Below are positions 14,188-25,940 of a DNA stretch of 64,000 nucleotides, piece by piece (position 1 is the first letter of the stretch; the number at the start of each line of letters is the position of its first letter). Below the pieces are notes generated by a model. That model was not told where the DNA came from, made no database searches, and worked only from the letters and a program-made list of their open reading frames with translations. The translations under genes were made by a program, and so were the position numbers. Origin of the DNA: Guillardia theta CCMP2712. Its lineage: Eukaryota; Protista; Cryptophyta. The stretch covers positions 1,069,012 to 1,133,011 of the forward strand of contig NW_005434673.1 in assembly GCF_000315625.1 (NCBI RefSeq), written 5' to 3'.

Positions 14188-15615
14188 TCTGACAGCTACG
14201 CAGGGAGCGATAGAGGCGTGTCGGGTAGCATCACAAACTTTACGATCCTCCAACAAGGCTCCGGCTTCAGGCGCGTGAGTTCCTGGCCTCGCATCGAGTG
14301 ACTGAGGGCGTCAGGTACCAGCCGGAGCTCTACGTGTCCCGGGGAGGCGAAGGATGTCAAGAATACTCCCTCCGTGGGATCATCTCCCAGCAAAAGATCC
14401 ACAAGGTAACAGGAGGTGAGCTGGAGAAATGAGAGAAAGTAGCTGGAAGCGAGAGGAGAAGAGGAGAGGAGACGAGGAGAGCAGAGCAGAGCACAGGAGG
14501 AGAGCAGAAGAGCAGAAGGGGCTGAGGCGAGAGCAGGAGAGCAGGCGGGCGGAAGTGATCGACAGGAGCAGGTCTCTTGCTACCTCGGTACAGGACTGGA
14601 CATCGAGATCCTCGCGTTCGAAGTTGGTTTCGACCATGTCGAGCTCGCCTCTTCCCTTGTTCGTCCGCCTCCTCCTTTCACCCCTCCGTCCTCACTCCGA
14701 CAATTCAGACTGGAAATCCCCCGAGCGACCTTCGCGTCTATCCACAAGTCGGGTCCCTTGGTGAAAGATCAGCATGAGGTGGATGAGCGTGCTGAATGAG
14801 GGAGCAGGAGGAAGGATACAGTCGAGGAGGATCACTTGGGCCCCTCCCCGTTGGTACGGCGGGTCTGATCCCTTCCTGCTATGCTTCACTGCGCATGATA
14901 ACTCTGGGACGCGGCTGCCGAGGTGAGAGAGAGCCCTAGAGGACTTCTCGTTCCCTTCCTGACGAGGACGAGCAACGCAGCGGCTTCGTCACGCGGAGCA
15001 ACAAGGTGAATCTGTTGGAGGAAGGGAGGAGAGAGAGAGGAGAGAGAGCTAGCGGTACGAGCTTCACGCGCAGACTACCACGAGCTGCATCGGAGTCTGG
15101 GTGGTCAAGTGCTTCTATGCTGTCAGGTCTGGTTGCTTCAACTGCTTCCTCCTCCTCCCTCACGCTCCCCACAGGGCAGGAGAAGACCTGAACTCGATCG
15201 CCATGCTGTTCAACACCAACTGGATACAGGTCCCCTCCTCTTCTTCCTCGTCCTGTTGACTCTCAGCGTCAGATTTGGGCCCTCAACGTAGGGATACGAT
15301 CGCCCAAGTCGCTCATCCCTAGAGGGTTGCTTGCAAGGTTACCTTCCTCTCTCCTCCTCCTCTCGGAACGCCACTGATCGTTACCTGCAGGGTCGGCCAG
15401 CTCTATGCAGTCCAGCCCGGGAACACAATCGATCAGCTGGCGAGGTGACCAGTACTGCCGACCTGTTCTACTTACTCATCATGGCATCCTCTGCTGCCAG
15501 CAAGTTTGGAATGAGCGCGCAGGAGTTGATATCTCTTAATCGCGATCTCATTGAGAGCAATGGCTCCATCATTTCCTCTGAGCAGGCAACCGCTGCTCCT
15601 GCTCCTGCCCCTGCC

Positions 15616-15650
<35 letters not shown>

Positions 15651-15762
15651 CTATTCCACCTCCTCCTCTCACTTCGCAGCTAACTTTTTGCTTTGATGCG
15701 TCTTCTTGCAGCACCTTTGTTTGCTCCCGCGATCATGCGAGTCAGTGTCTTCACCATCGTGA
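10929..15762 (+). CDS. Large secreted Cys-rich protein: signal peptide, two CxD..W/F..C..CCxCGGG repeats, trefoil (P-type) domain, C-terminal LysM-like region
   Basis: MQSLLARSILTVAMVALWSAMASA signal; CVDSPLQWTSSSGVTC...ACCECGGG and CTDYTEV...VCCQCGGG; ERNACGWDGITESACASMGCCWD (trefoil); terminal ASKFGMSAQELISLNRDL...EQ|HLCLLPRSC (LysM-like). Stop TGA at 15760-15762. Confidence 0.72.
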
Positions 15763-15838
15763 TGATGTCGGATGAAATTCTTCCTCAGTCAGTGACTCCG
15801 ACGGCGAGTGTCGACCCCGGCCCGGCCCGGCAAGCCGG

Positions 15839-15894
15839 CAGTGACTACAAGAAACTTGAAAATCAGTGACTACAAGAAACTTGAAAATCAGTGA
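15839..15894. repeat. 25-bp direct tandem duplication CAGTGACTACAAGAAACTTGAAAAT x2 plus a partial third copy
   Basis: Units at 15839-15863 and 15864-15888, followed by CAGTGA. Confidence 0.95.
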
Positions 15895-16544
15895 TCACTT
15901 GCAAAGCCTGATCACTGGAGTAGTCGTGCCTAACAGCTAGTTTGTAAAGTGAACAATCAAAAAAAAAAAATGACACCCACGTCCGTATTCCAAATTTCTG
16001 ACTTTGTTTCGAAATTGATAGAGAACATCTCAAAATTTTCAACATTTGGTTGCAAAGGTTTCATTGAGCCAACTACGTACTGCGTTAAATTGGTTGAACA
16101 ACCCACTACTGCATCATATGCATGACCCCTACCCCCATCCTCTTCCCTCAACACATGAAAAAGGAGGGGTCATGTTACTACCCCTCAATGTCGGAAGTGG
16201 GGGTAGTTCCTCTCGTGCCTTGATTAACTTTAGATGACCCTAGCATGGTACCTGTGACCACCCCCCACCTCTCCCTTCACTTCCGCGGTACCAGTGAGCC
16301 CCTACACTCGTCCTGGTTCCGTCTGTACCTGTGGTCGATGACCCCACCCCCTCCATCTGTACCCCTTCCCCACAGGCCCCTCACCAAGGTAGTATCACCC
16401 CACCCCTCTGCCCCCCCCACTCCCCCGACCACGAGAAAACCCCAACAGCCATGAGATTGCGACTCTCAGCACGCGAGGCACGACCCCCTCGTCTCCCACA
16501 AACTACCAACCCCTCCATCAATGACTCTCTTGCGTTAGCCCGCA

Positions 16545-19500
16545 ATGGCGGTAACGCGGAGAGCCTTGCGATGGCAGCAGCACGCGGCGGCTCTGCTGTT
16601 CCTGCTGATCTCTCACGCTCTCCTCCTCGTATCTCATTCCTCGTTCACATTTCAGGCCTTCCAGAGCTATTTCCACTCGAGCTCCACAGCTCCCAAGGCT
16701 CCGGAAAGCTTCTTGTTCGACGATTTTACCAAGGAGAATGTCCATGGGCAGACAGCATATCACCGGCTGTGCACTCTGTTGGGAGAGATGATATCTTTCT
16801 CCTCCTTTTACACTCTTTTTCTTGCTCTGCACGAGGCATTTCATCTGCTTGCTGCTGCTCTCGTCGGCCTCGCCCACCGCTCTCTGCGAATTAGCAACTT
16901 TGTGGACGCCTTGCTGCATCAGCGCGTGACAATCAAGGGGGCTGAGGGATGGCGGTCAACTCTCATACGTCATGCAGGATGGATAGGAAGCATGGCGGTG
17001 ACTTTGGTCGTCTGCGCGAGGGGCTTCAGCGGATCTTGCAAGATAGCAGCTTTCTTTACCTTGATTGACTCGTTGTGCTCCGACCTGCTTGGCATACATC
17101 ACGGGTCAGCAAGCGATGAAGTTTTTCACTGTGGGAACTTTGGAATCATCATATTCGACAAGGAGAAGAGAGGACAAGTGTACTCTTTCCTCAAGACCAT
17201 GGTTCGAATCACCATGATGCGAGGCGCGCAGTCTGGAGGGATTGTCACCTATGTGCCGAAGAAGGATGGGCTCAAGGGAATCAGAAGTCGAGTAGTCAAC
17301 GGCAAGCGAACAGATCTATCTGAGCTCGTCACTTCCAAGGTTCCCCTCCTGTCCACTGCTTGCTGTTGTCCCTCACCGCCTGCGATAGTTGTGGCACGAC
17401 CAGCTCTGGGCAAGCCTCCGCTACGGGCTGCGCGACGACGTTCGAGTGTATGCGGGGCACACGAGGTTTGCGACGTCATCGAAAGCTTCGCTTGATGGGA
17501 CGGTAAGGACGTGGATGTGTTGCTCCTGCTGCTGATCCTCCGATGCAGCACCCACATCAATGGACGCCAGCCGCGGACTACACCTTCTGGGAGGACAAGA
17601 CGTCATGGATGAAGACGACGAAGAATGTTGAGGTAACAACTGATCGACATCTCATGTGATGTGATGATACCGACTTCTCATGTGATGTGGTGAATGCGAT
17701 CGCTTTGACGTCTTGAGATTTTCTCAGGTCTACATCTGTCACAATGGAGACTTCGATGCTCTCGAGCTGGGAGGCTCGACGTACCCTCTGGAGGACATCA
17801 TGGAGTGGTTGGCCCGAGTCAAGTAGGTATGGCTGGTGGCAGGATAGCGCATGACGATGGCCTCTAGCTATCACCCGTGCCCGTCGACCGTTGACAGCGC
17901 GGGAGTCGCGGGAGTCATGGACGTGATGAGGACGCAGGTGGAGTGATGCGGCACCCTGCTGGGGCCGAGGAGCTGCTGACTTGCGAGTCAGGGGCTCTGG
18001 TTTCATTCCCTTCGGTTCGGCTTTCTGTTCGGCCCTGAACGCACATCTCTCAAGTATGAAGTCCCTCCCAAGGTCAGGCGTGTAGGCTGTTTGAATCAAA
18101 TAATCGTTGGCGTGTAGGAAGCTTTCGTCTCTCTGGCGAGAATCGCCGATGATGTCTTTCAGAAGACTGTCCAAACTGCAAAGATGGATCGAAGGATCTT
18201 GAGGTGAGCGATGAGATCTGGTAGTGATTGCCTGTTCATTGCCATGATGTTGGTTGTCTTGCAGGCAGGAGGTCAAGTCAAACCTCGTCGAGGCGTTCGG
18301 GTCAAAGAAGGTCGTCAGGCTGCGATGTTGTCAGTATTGATATCGTAGACAGATTCTGGGACTGAATGCAGAGAGCGGAGATGTGAATCGCCTTGTCAAC
18401 ACAGCTGTAGATGCGTTCTTCGACCAAGATCTGTTCCAGGTGTGTTACGGATGTTGGTGGCTTGATCTCTGCATGGGAGGTGATGATTGTGGTCAGGCCA
18501 CCAGGTTCTTCCTGTCACGGGCCAAGGGATCCTTCGGACTGTGCGTCTCCTGCTCGCTTGATTCCCATGTGAGACACAATAGCCGTGATGACTTTCTGTT
18601 GCTGTCTTGTCTACCGTCAGCGTTGCCATGCTCTACTTAGCTCTACCTCGCTCTCTGCTCAGCTCTATCTCGCTCTCTGCTTAGCTCTATCTCTCTCTGC
18701 TTAGCTCTATCTCGCTCTCTGCTCAGCTCTATCTCTCTCTCTGCTCAGCTCTATCTCTCTCTGCTCAGCTCTATCTCTCTCTGCTCAGCTCTATCTCTCT
18801 CTCTGCTCAGCTCTATCTCTCTCTGCTCAGCTCTATCTCTCTCTGCTCAGCTCTATCTCGCTCTCTGCTTAGCTCTATCTCTCTCTGCTCAGCTCTATCT
18901 CTCTCTGCTCAGCTCTATCTCTCTCTGCTCAGCTCTATCTCTCTCTGCTCAGCTCTATCTCGCTCTCTGCTTAGCTCTATCTCTCTCTGCTTAGCTCTAT
19001 CTCGCTCTCTGCTCAGCTCTATCTCTCTCTGCTCAGCTCTATCTCTCTCTGCTCAGCTCTATCTCTCTCTGCTCAGCTCTATCTCTCTCTGCTCAGCTCT
19101 ATCTCGCTCTCTGCTTAGCTCTATCTCTCTCTGCTTAGCTCTATCTCGCTCTCTGCTTAGCTCTATCTCTCTCTCTGCTCAGCTCTATCTCTCTCTGCTC
19201 AGCTCTATCTCTCTCTGCTCAGCTCTATCTCGCTCTCTGCTCAGCTCTATCTCTCTCTGCTCAGCTCTATCTCGCTTTTGCTTCTTGTCCTCTGTCGCTA
19301 TTCTGACCCGCACAACCAGCGACAAATCGTGTTGGCGGCAAGGGGTCAAACGATTTCTCTAGCCTTCTATCCCAACTCGGGAGTGGTGGTGAGAGAAGTC
19401 AAGCACAACATGTGGGCGTGGGTTGACATCAGCACAGCTTTGGGGATCTGAGCAAGCGGCGGTGAAGGCAGCGCTTGTGGGTGAGTGAACAGAGCAACCT

Positions 19501-22500
19501 CTGTGTCTACCTTTTGCTTTGGCTCTTGGTGAAAATGCACGTTGTGATCTACCTCTACCTCTACCTCTACCTCTACCTCTACCTCTACCTCTACCTCTAC
19601 CTCTACCTCTACCTCTACCTCTACCTTCACCTCTATCTCTACCTCTACCTCTACCTCTACCTCTACCTCTACCTCTACCTGCACTCTACCTCTACCTCTA
19701 CCTCTACCTCTACCTCTACCTCTACCTCTACCTCTACCTCTACCTCTACCTCTACCTCTACCTCTACCTCTACCTCTACCTCTACCTCTACCTCTACCTC
19801 TACCTCTACCTCTACCTCTACCTCTACCTCTACCTTCACCTCTACCTCTACCTCTACCTCTACCTCTACCTCTACCTCTACCTCTACCTCTACCTCTACC
19901 TTCACCTCTACCTCTACCTCTACCTCTACCTCTACCTCTACCTCTACCTCTACCTCTACCTCTACCTTCACCTCTACCTCTACCTCTACCTCTACCTCTC
20001 CTTTTAGCTCCTTGGTCGCATTCAAATTTTGTTATCCTCATTCGTGATCAGGAGACTCGAAGCACTTCGTTGCCATCCATGAGTGCAGCCGTTGCGGATA
20101 TGCAGGTGACCTCAACTCTTGCTCCTGCTACTCTCTGACGCTGCCGTCAGGAGCCGGACACGAAGATGATGGAGCCGTTCGTCTTGACTTGGACGACCTG
20201 GGAGGAGAGGTACGAGAGACCTGCTGCTGCTTTGCTTGATGATCGCTTCCTTCATTCCGCCTGCCTCTGCCTTATTGCTTTACCCTTGTCTCTCTTACTT
20301 GCTTCAACCTCCTCTTCTCTACCCTACTACTCTACTGTAGACTATCTCTTCTTGCCTCCTCCTGCTCGTCTGTCCGTTGACGACAGAGCAGGTCTGCCTG
20401 GTGGACTGGGGGACAGGAAAAGCGACGCGATCTGCCATGACGGAGGAGCTGCCGGTGCATCAGCTCATGGACAACAAGCTGACCATCACGCTGTCTCAGG
20501 AGACTCTTGGCAAGCTGGGAAACTTCAAGAAGCGACTTGTCCGCCTCCACGACAACCCGCTGATCAAGCCGCTTCCTCCCGTGTACCCAGACCCAGTAGG
20601 GAAGGACATCGCAGACATCCCGTACGTGCTCAACAAGATCCAGCAAGACTGGGACGAGGGCAACAGCGTCAACTGCATCACGTCCTGGTGGTTCTCGCGG
20701 GAGCTGATCAAGAGGCTCAAGCGGTACGAGGCCGGCACTCACGATGGCTCCATCGACGTTCTGCTCACGGGCTGCGAAGTGTCTCTGTGGGTCGCGGAGC
20801 AGTTCGCGTCCGACCTCGCGCAGGTGTTTCCGCGCATCTCAGTGCGGGTCATCTCCTCCAACAAGCTGCTGGGCCTGTTTGGTCAGGAGTTTGCGGTCCC
20901 TCAGACGGGCCATCAGTTCAACGAGGAGAGCTGGAAGCTCACCAACACCATCGTCCTCATCGTCAGCCACAGCGGCGGCACCTTCGGCTCCCTCGCTGTC
21001 GCCAACCTCCTCCGCGCCTACACCGAAGTCATCTTTGTCGTCGCGTCCGAGAGCGACACGCAGATAGGCAAGCAGCTGCGGCAGCTCAACCCGGCCGGTA
21101 TGTGGGACTTCAAGTGCTCCACCTTCTCCACCGAGGTCGGGATCCGCCCAGCTGAGCCCTGCACCGTCAGCGTCGTTGCCTCCCACCAGCTGCTGACCCA
21201 GCTGCTCATCTACCTCATGAAGAAGGTGCAGCTTGACGGCATGGAGGAAGCGAGCGGAGGGAAGTACACGGTAGAGGACGTGAAGGTGCTTGAGGAGCTG
21301 CATGCCGAGAACTTCACGGCGATGGAGGACATCGTCGGGTACGACAGGAACGGCATCGCATGCCCGACGTACACGTCCGAGGAGCTCAAGAAGAGAGGAA
21401 GGTACTGGTCGCTCCATGTGCTTGAAGTACCCATGTCGTGGATGCTGTCCTTCTGCTACATCCTTGGGACGCTGGTGAGCAGCTATCCCCTGCNNNNNNN
21501 NNNNNNNNNNNNNNNNNNNNNNNNNNNNNNNNNNNNNNNNNNNNNNNNNNNNNNNNNNNNNNNNNNNNNNNNNNNNNNNNNNNNNNNNNNNNNNNNNNNN
21601 NNNNNNNNNNNNNNCCGCCTGCTGCAGGGTCGTCCCCTCAAGCATCGCATGACCTCTCGCTCGCTCGTCATCGCCGACATCCCCTGGGTGGCTCAGAGCG
21701 TCGAGGCATACGTGAGCAAGCTCTTCGCCTGCGCCTATAGCGCCACCAGCCTCAACGTCTACAGCGCCAACCCCTCGGACCACCTCGTGCACAGGATGAC
21801 CCACCGGGTGGTCAGAGGATGCCTACTGGCTTGCGGCAGACCCGACGGGCGGCTGATCGCCTTGACGTCAGCCGAGGCCTCCGCCTGCCTGTCCGTCAAC
21901 CAGGCCTCCTCCATCCAGAGCATCGGGTCGACATGCGAGAGCCTGACTATCGGGCACAACCCCTACAAGCTCTCGCTGTCTGCCCATGCTGTCTTCCTCA
22001 AGAGCTTCCGCAAGCAGGCGAGCCGCTGCCGCTGCCCCCCTCTCTCTCTCTCTCTTTCTGTCCTCCGGCGTGCATGTCCTCTGCTCTTTGTCGTGCTTCT
22101 CCAGCTTTGCTGGCTTGCTGTTGCTCTTTGTAGTCCTTGAGCAGCAGCAGTATCTCATCTCACAGTTGCATCTGCAGTTCATCTGCGAACACGCGCTGCA
22201 GCGAGAGTTCGGCAAGGATTTTCTCAACAAGTCTAGCAGGTGAGTCGCGAGGCTTCTGGGCTTGATGTGACACACGAGTAGCGGGGTCATCCTCGGAGCA
22301 TACTCCAACATCAAGAAGAGGAACATGAGGAGGGTAAGTCCAGCAGCTGTCCAGCAGCCGGCAAGCTGAGAAACGATTTTTTCTTCTTTTGTTTTACAGA
22401 GGAAGAAGTCAGTGATAGATGACACGGAAACAACGAAGATGGACGGCACTGTCACATCCTACGTCTCCTTCAATCAAGGTGTTGCCTGCTGCCTCCTGTA

Positions 22501-23526
22501 CACTCTCGTCCTGCTGCTTCTGCTGCTCCTCTTGGATGCTACGTCTTGCGGCTCCTCCCCTCCCCTCGTTTGTTGTCTCCGTCTCCCCTTCCATCCCTCC
22601 ATCCATCCTCCTCTCCGTCGTCTTGTGGCGGGGCTGACGTTCAAGCAACAGGAGGCAACGACTGCAGCATCTCCATTCGATCCCCCGAGGAGACAGGGCA
22701 TGGCCTGATGGACGTGAGCGAGCACACTCATGAGCTGGTGGAGCTCATGAACGAGGGGAAGTTGCACCGGAAGAAGTCGAAGAAAGAGATGAAGTCGCTG
22801 CTGGGAGAGCTGCACAACAAGAGCATGCGCGTGCAGATGGAGGAGAACTACTACGGGGAGCTGCTGGAGAAGGAGATGGAGGGGACGCCTCTCATGGAGC
22901 TCGTCAACTCGCAGACCGTGGCGATGCGGCTGTACGAGTCGAGGATCGCGTCCATGCAGCGCTGCGTCGCGTTCTACGTGATGTTCCATGCTCTCGGCAA
23001 GCGAGTGCAAGACTTCTGGCCGTCGGTGTCGCTGGGGTACCTGCGCTACGACATGAGCAGGACTCACTCCATCATGCGCATCGCCACCACCGCCTCCCCG
23101 GTGAGCGGCGCGGAGGTCAGAGACATCACTATCGAGCTCGAGCAGAAGCGACGCATCGCGCACTCCCGCACCCTCCTGTCGAGGTACTTGGAGAAGAGGA
23201 AGCTGCGGCTGCAGAGGGAGAAGGAGAGGGCGAGGATGGAGGAGGAGACGAGGAAGAAGTTGCTCTCCCGCTTCGACCCGGAGCAGATCTCCATGCTGGG
23301 AAAGCTCATGGGCACGCAGCTCAACACGGCAGACCCGAGCATGGTAGTGCTGCAAGCCATCGTTGATGGTAAGAAGCCGGGAGATCTTAAGGATGCAGCG
23401 CCGGAGGAGGTGGCGAGCTCGCTTCAGGAACCAGCATCCCCTGACATCCAGCCTGTGGAGGTAGAGGAGGAAGACGAGCGACGGGCTGCCGCAGAGCTGC
23501 CCCTGGCGGAGTCAAGCGAAGTATGA
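16545..23526 (+). CDS. Fusion protein: M50B-like HExxH membrane module + class II (Ntn) glutamine amidotransferase + SIS domain + TM helices (GlmS-like), copy 1, multi-exon
   Basis: LALHEAFHLLAAALVG...IRHAGWIG...CSDLLG; then CGNFGII...MRGAQSGG...GHTRFATSS...HPHQW...HNGDF...DSAGVA (GATase-2 motifs); then LLTGCEVSL...VLIVSHSGGTF...EPCTVSVVASH (SIS). Contains a 121-N gap. Confidence 0.8.
18638..19275. repeat. Intronic 20-22-bp minisatellite (GCTYAGCTCTATCTC(GC)TCTCT)n, about 30 units
   Basis: Directly visible; only about 3 units at the mirror position 30975-31040. Confidence 0.97.
19548..19997. repeat. Intronic (CTACCT)n hexanucleotide array
   Basis: Directly visible; shorter mirror copy (AGGTAG)n at 30510-30703. 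Confidence 0.98.
21494..21614. other. Run of 121 N (gap or masked bases)
   Basis: Flanks map to the mirror copy, where the intervening sequence 28897-29017 is also 121 bp. Confidence 0.97.
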
Positions 23527-23847
23527 GGGAGACGAGAGAGGAGCGAGATTAACAGGAAAGACGTTAGAGAGAATGTGACAGCGAGCACGATCTTGTCATG
23601 TCTCACAGTATGATGTCTGTAGCTTCCTTGTAGTCTATTCGTATTACGGCTTCATTGTCTTGATTGCTTGCGGTTGATCCAGCAGAGTCTGACCATCGCT
23701 GTCTTAACATGCGTCACTCGCTGCTGTCTCCTACACGCTGATTCCACGACAGGACAAGATCTCCCTTGCCGGGCACAGAGGACATGAGACGAGATTGATT
23801 GAAGACGGCATGCAAGCGCTACAGTGACATGCGAGCTGATAACTCTC

Positions 23848-25425
23848 TCATCCAAGAAGCAGCAGCTTGCAGATCGAGTCCAAGATCTGCAGCACGACAC
23901 CCTTGAGATCCTCGTACCTCCCACAGCAATCCTTCACCTTGTCGCTCAGCCGGATCATCCCGTCGCACACCACCACCTCCTCCTCCAGCTCGTGCACTCC
24001 CGCCTTGTCGAGCACGCACCCCCTCTCCTCTCCGCTGCCTGCAACAGACTAAGGCTTCTCTCCTCACCACGCCTCCTCGTCTCACCTCTGCTGCTGCTGC
24101 TGCTCCGCTGTCTCCTCGCCTCCTCGCTCAGCCTGTCGATCATGCCCTCCCTTCGCAGCAGATGCATCAGCGCCACCCGCTCCTGCGCTCCTCTCCCTCC
24201 CATCTCCTCCTCCTTCTCGCTCCTCGACGTGCATCTCCAGACATAAGTGACGGCATCCCATGTCGGAAACCTCCCGCGTCCTGTCGCGACTTTCCTGTTA
24301 TGGTACGAGGGGAACATGGACCTGTGGAGGCGACTCAGCAGGAGAGGAGGACAGCAACATGGGCAGCCGCACCGGTCGAACACAACCCGCCGCACGAATC
24401 CAAGTCGAAGCTCCTCCTGCTCCGTCTTGTGCCCTGCTGACTCGGCGAGTTCCGGGAGGTTCCAGTGGCAGAAGGGAGGCTTGGTCTTGTGGGATACGTG
24501 GACCTGCTGGATGCATCAGCACCCGAGCAGGAGCCTCCTCGACTTCACCTGACCCCCTTGCCGGGTGATCTTGATGACGGACATGAAGAATCTAAAGCGC
24601 AAGGAGCAAGTGAGAGGCTGTCAGGCACAGACGGCAGCTTCTACTTGCTCATCAGATCCTTGTTCTGTTCGATCTCCTCCAGCTGTGCGTCTTTCCCTTC
24701 CTTTCCCCCATCCACACAGGGAAAGTTCCACACAACAAGATCGAAACGCAAGTCACTGATCATGTTGCTGTCTTGTTGCCGGCTCTTGCGGCAGCTGCGG
24801 GAGATGGAGGAGGAGAGGTCGGTAGCATCCACCTCATGCAGCACGACAGCCCCGCTGGCCTCAAGCTCTCGGATCGTCTTTCCTGTCCTCACGTCAGCAT
24901 CTCGTCACGCGCTCAAGCAGGTCGCACCAATCTCTTCCTTGCCGTACGCTTCCTCCAAGCTTCTCCGCGACAAGTGTGTCGTAGCCACGAAGCAGCCAGC
25001 ATGCTCGCTGGCTCGAAGGCGACGCGCCATGCTCATGGAGAAGGTCAGGTCACCGTCGCCTACTGTGAGGATGGAGGACTTGGGGAGGAGAGCAGCTAGG
25101 TCGCTGGCAGCAGGAGGCGAGCTTGCTGCTGCTCGCATGCGGATGCATTCTTCGGGCCGACGGTTCGGCCTGAACCGGCTGCCCTGCTCGTGCTTGATGA
25201 AAGGCTGCACGACGAGCTTGTACGCGCAAGGAATGCAGCCTGACAAGGTGCAGGCCATGACCTCGGGGTAGCAGAAGAGCCTGTCGTCCTCGCAGCGTCT
25301 GGGTATGATGATCAGCCTCGCATGCTGACACACGATTGCGTTACCTGCATGTGAACCTGTAGGATCTGATCTCCTCCTCCTCCTCCTCCTCCACGCGCGC
25401 ATGCTTCTGCTTCTTCCCTTTCCAT
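23848..25425 (-). CDS. 25S rRNA (uridine-N3)-methyltransferase BMT5-like / DUF2431 protein
   Basis: SILTVGDGDLTFSMSMAR, FVATT, LEASGAVVLHEVDATDL, FDLVVWNFPCV, IEQNKDLM, VSHKTKPPFCHWNL, FPSYHNRK are DUF2431 motifs. Start position uncertain. Confidence 0.85.
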
Positions 25426-25940
25426 TGCTCGCCCTCGTGCTCTCCCTTCCTCTTCCCCTTCATGGTCCCTCTCCCTTTCTCCTTCACCTCTGCCTTCCCC
25501 TTGCAGATCTGTCCATTGCCCCCCTCCACCCCGATCCCTTGCTTCCCCAACAGGATCCGCCCCTTCCCCTCTTTCCGAGGCTCTTTTTTCAATCAATCCA
25601 CCTCCCCTCCCTCCTCCCTCCCCCCGCTGCTTCACGGGGGATCCCGCGACGTCCTCCGCTGGGTGCTGCTGCATCCTAGCCAGGATCGAAGGCAGCAAGG
25701 TGAACGCGTCGTCATGCGACATGGTTGCGAGTCATAGAGCAAGAGGAGGCGTCAGGTTCCCACCTTGAAATCCAGCCACCACGAGTTTCATAGCGGGGCA
25801 TGTTTCATCCTCTCCCTTCACCCTCCTCCTCCGACTTGTCTCCCGCCTTCACCCACTCGACTCCTCGGATCATCCGCTTCCAGTCTCCTCTCCTCCTCTC
25901 ATCTCTTTGACTCCATCCGCTCCCCTGCTCTCTCCTCAAC

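Larger units (their letters stand above)
16542..24284 (+). repeat. Left main arm of large inverted duplication (pairs with 26225-33130)
   Basis: Mirror-image ORF sets with near-identical translations (e.g. 22546..23526+ vs 26983..27963-); boundaries traced base by base. Confidence 0.97.

Noticed and set aside
10753-15986. ACGGACGT (10753, inverted at 15979, also at 55947) as TIRs or a promoter motif
   Set aside because: About two hits of an 8-mer are expected by chance in 64 kb on both strands; flanking similarity is weak.
19367-20047. RG-, VE-, LY-, ST- and LP-repeat ORFs (also 30431-30885, 59763-60248, 61398-61721)
   Set aside because: Translations of microsatellites in introns or intergenic DNA.
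20166-23360. Long antisense or alternate-frame ORFs over the fusion gene (e.g. 20839..21804-, 22474..23355-)
   Set aside because: Shadow ORFs expected from high-GC3 coding sequence.
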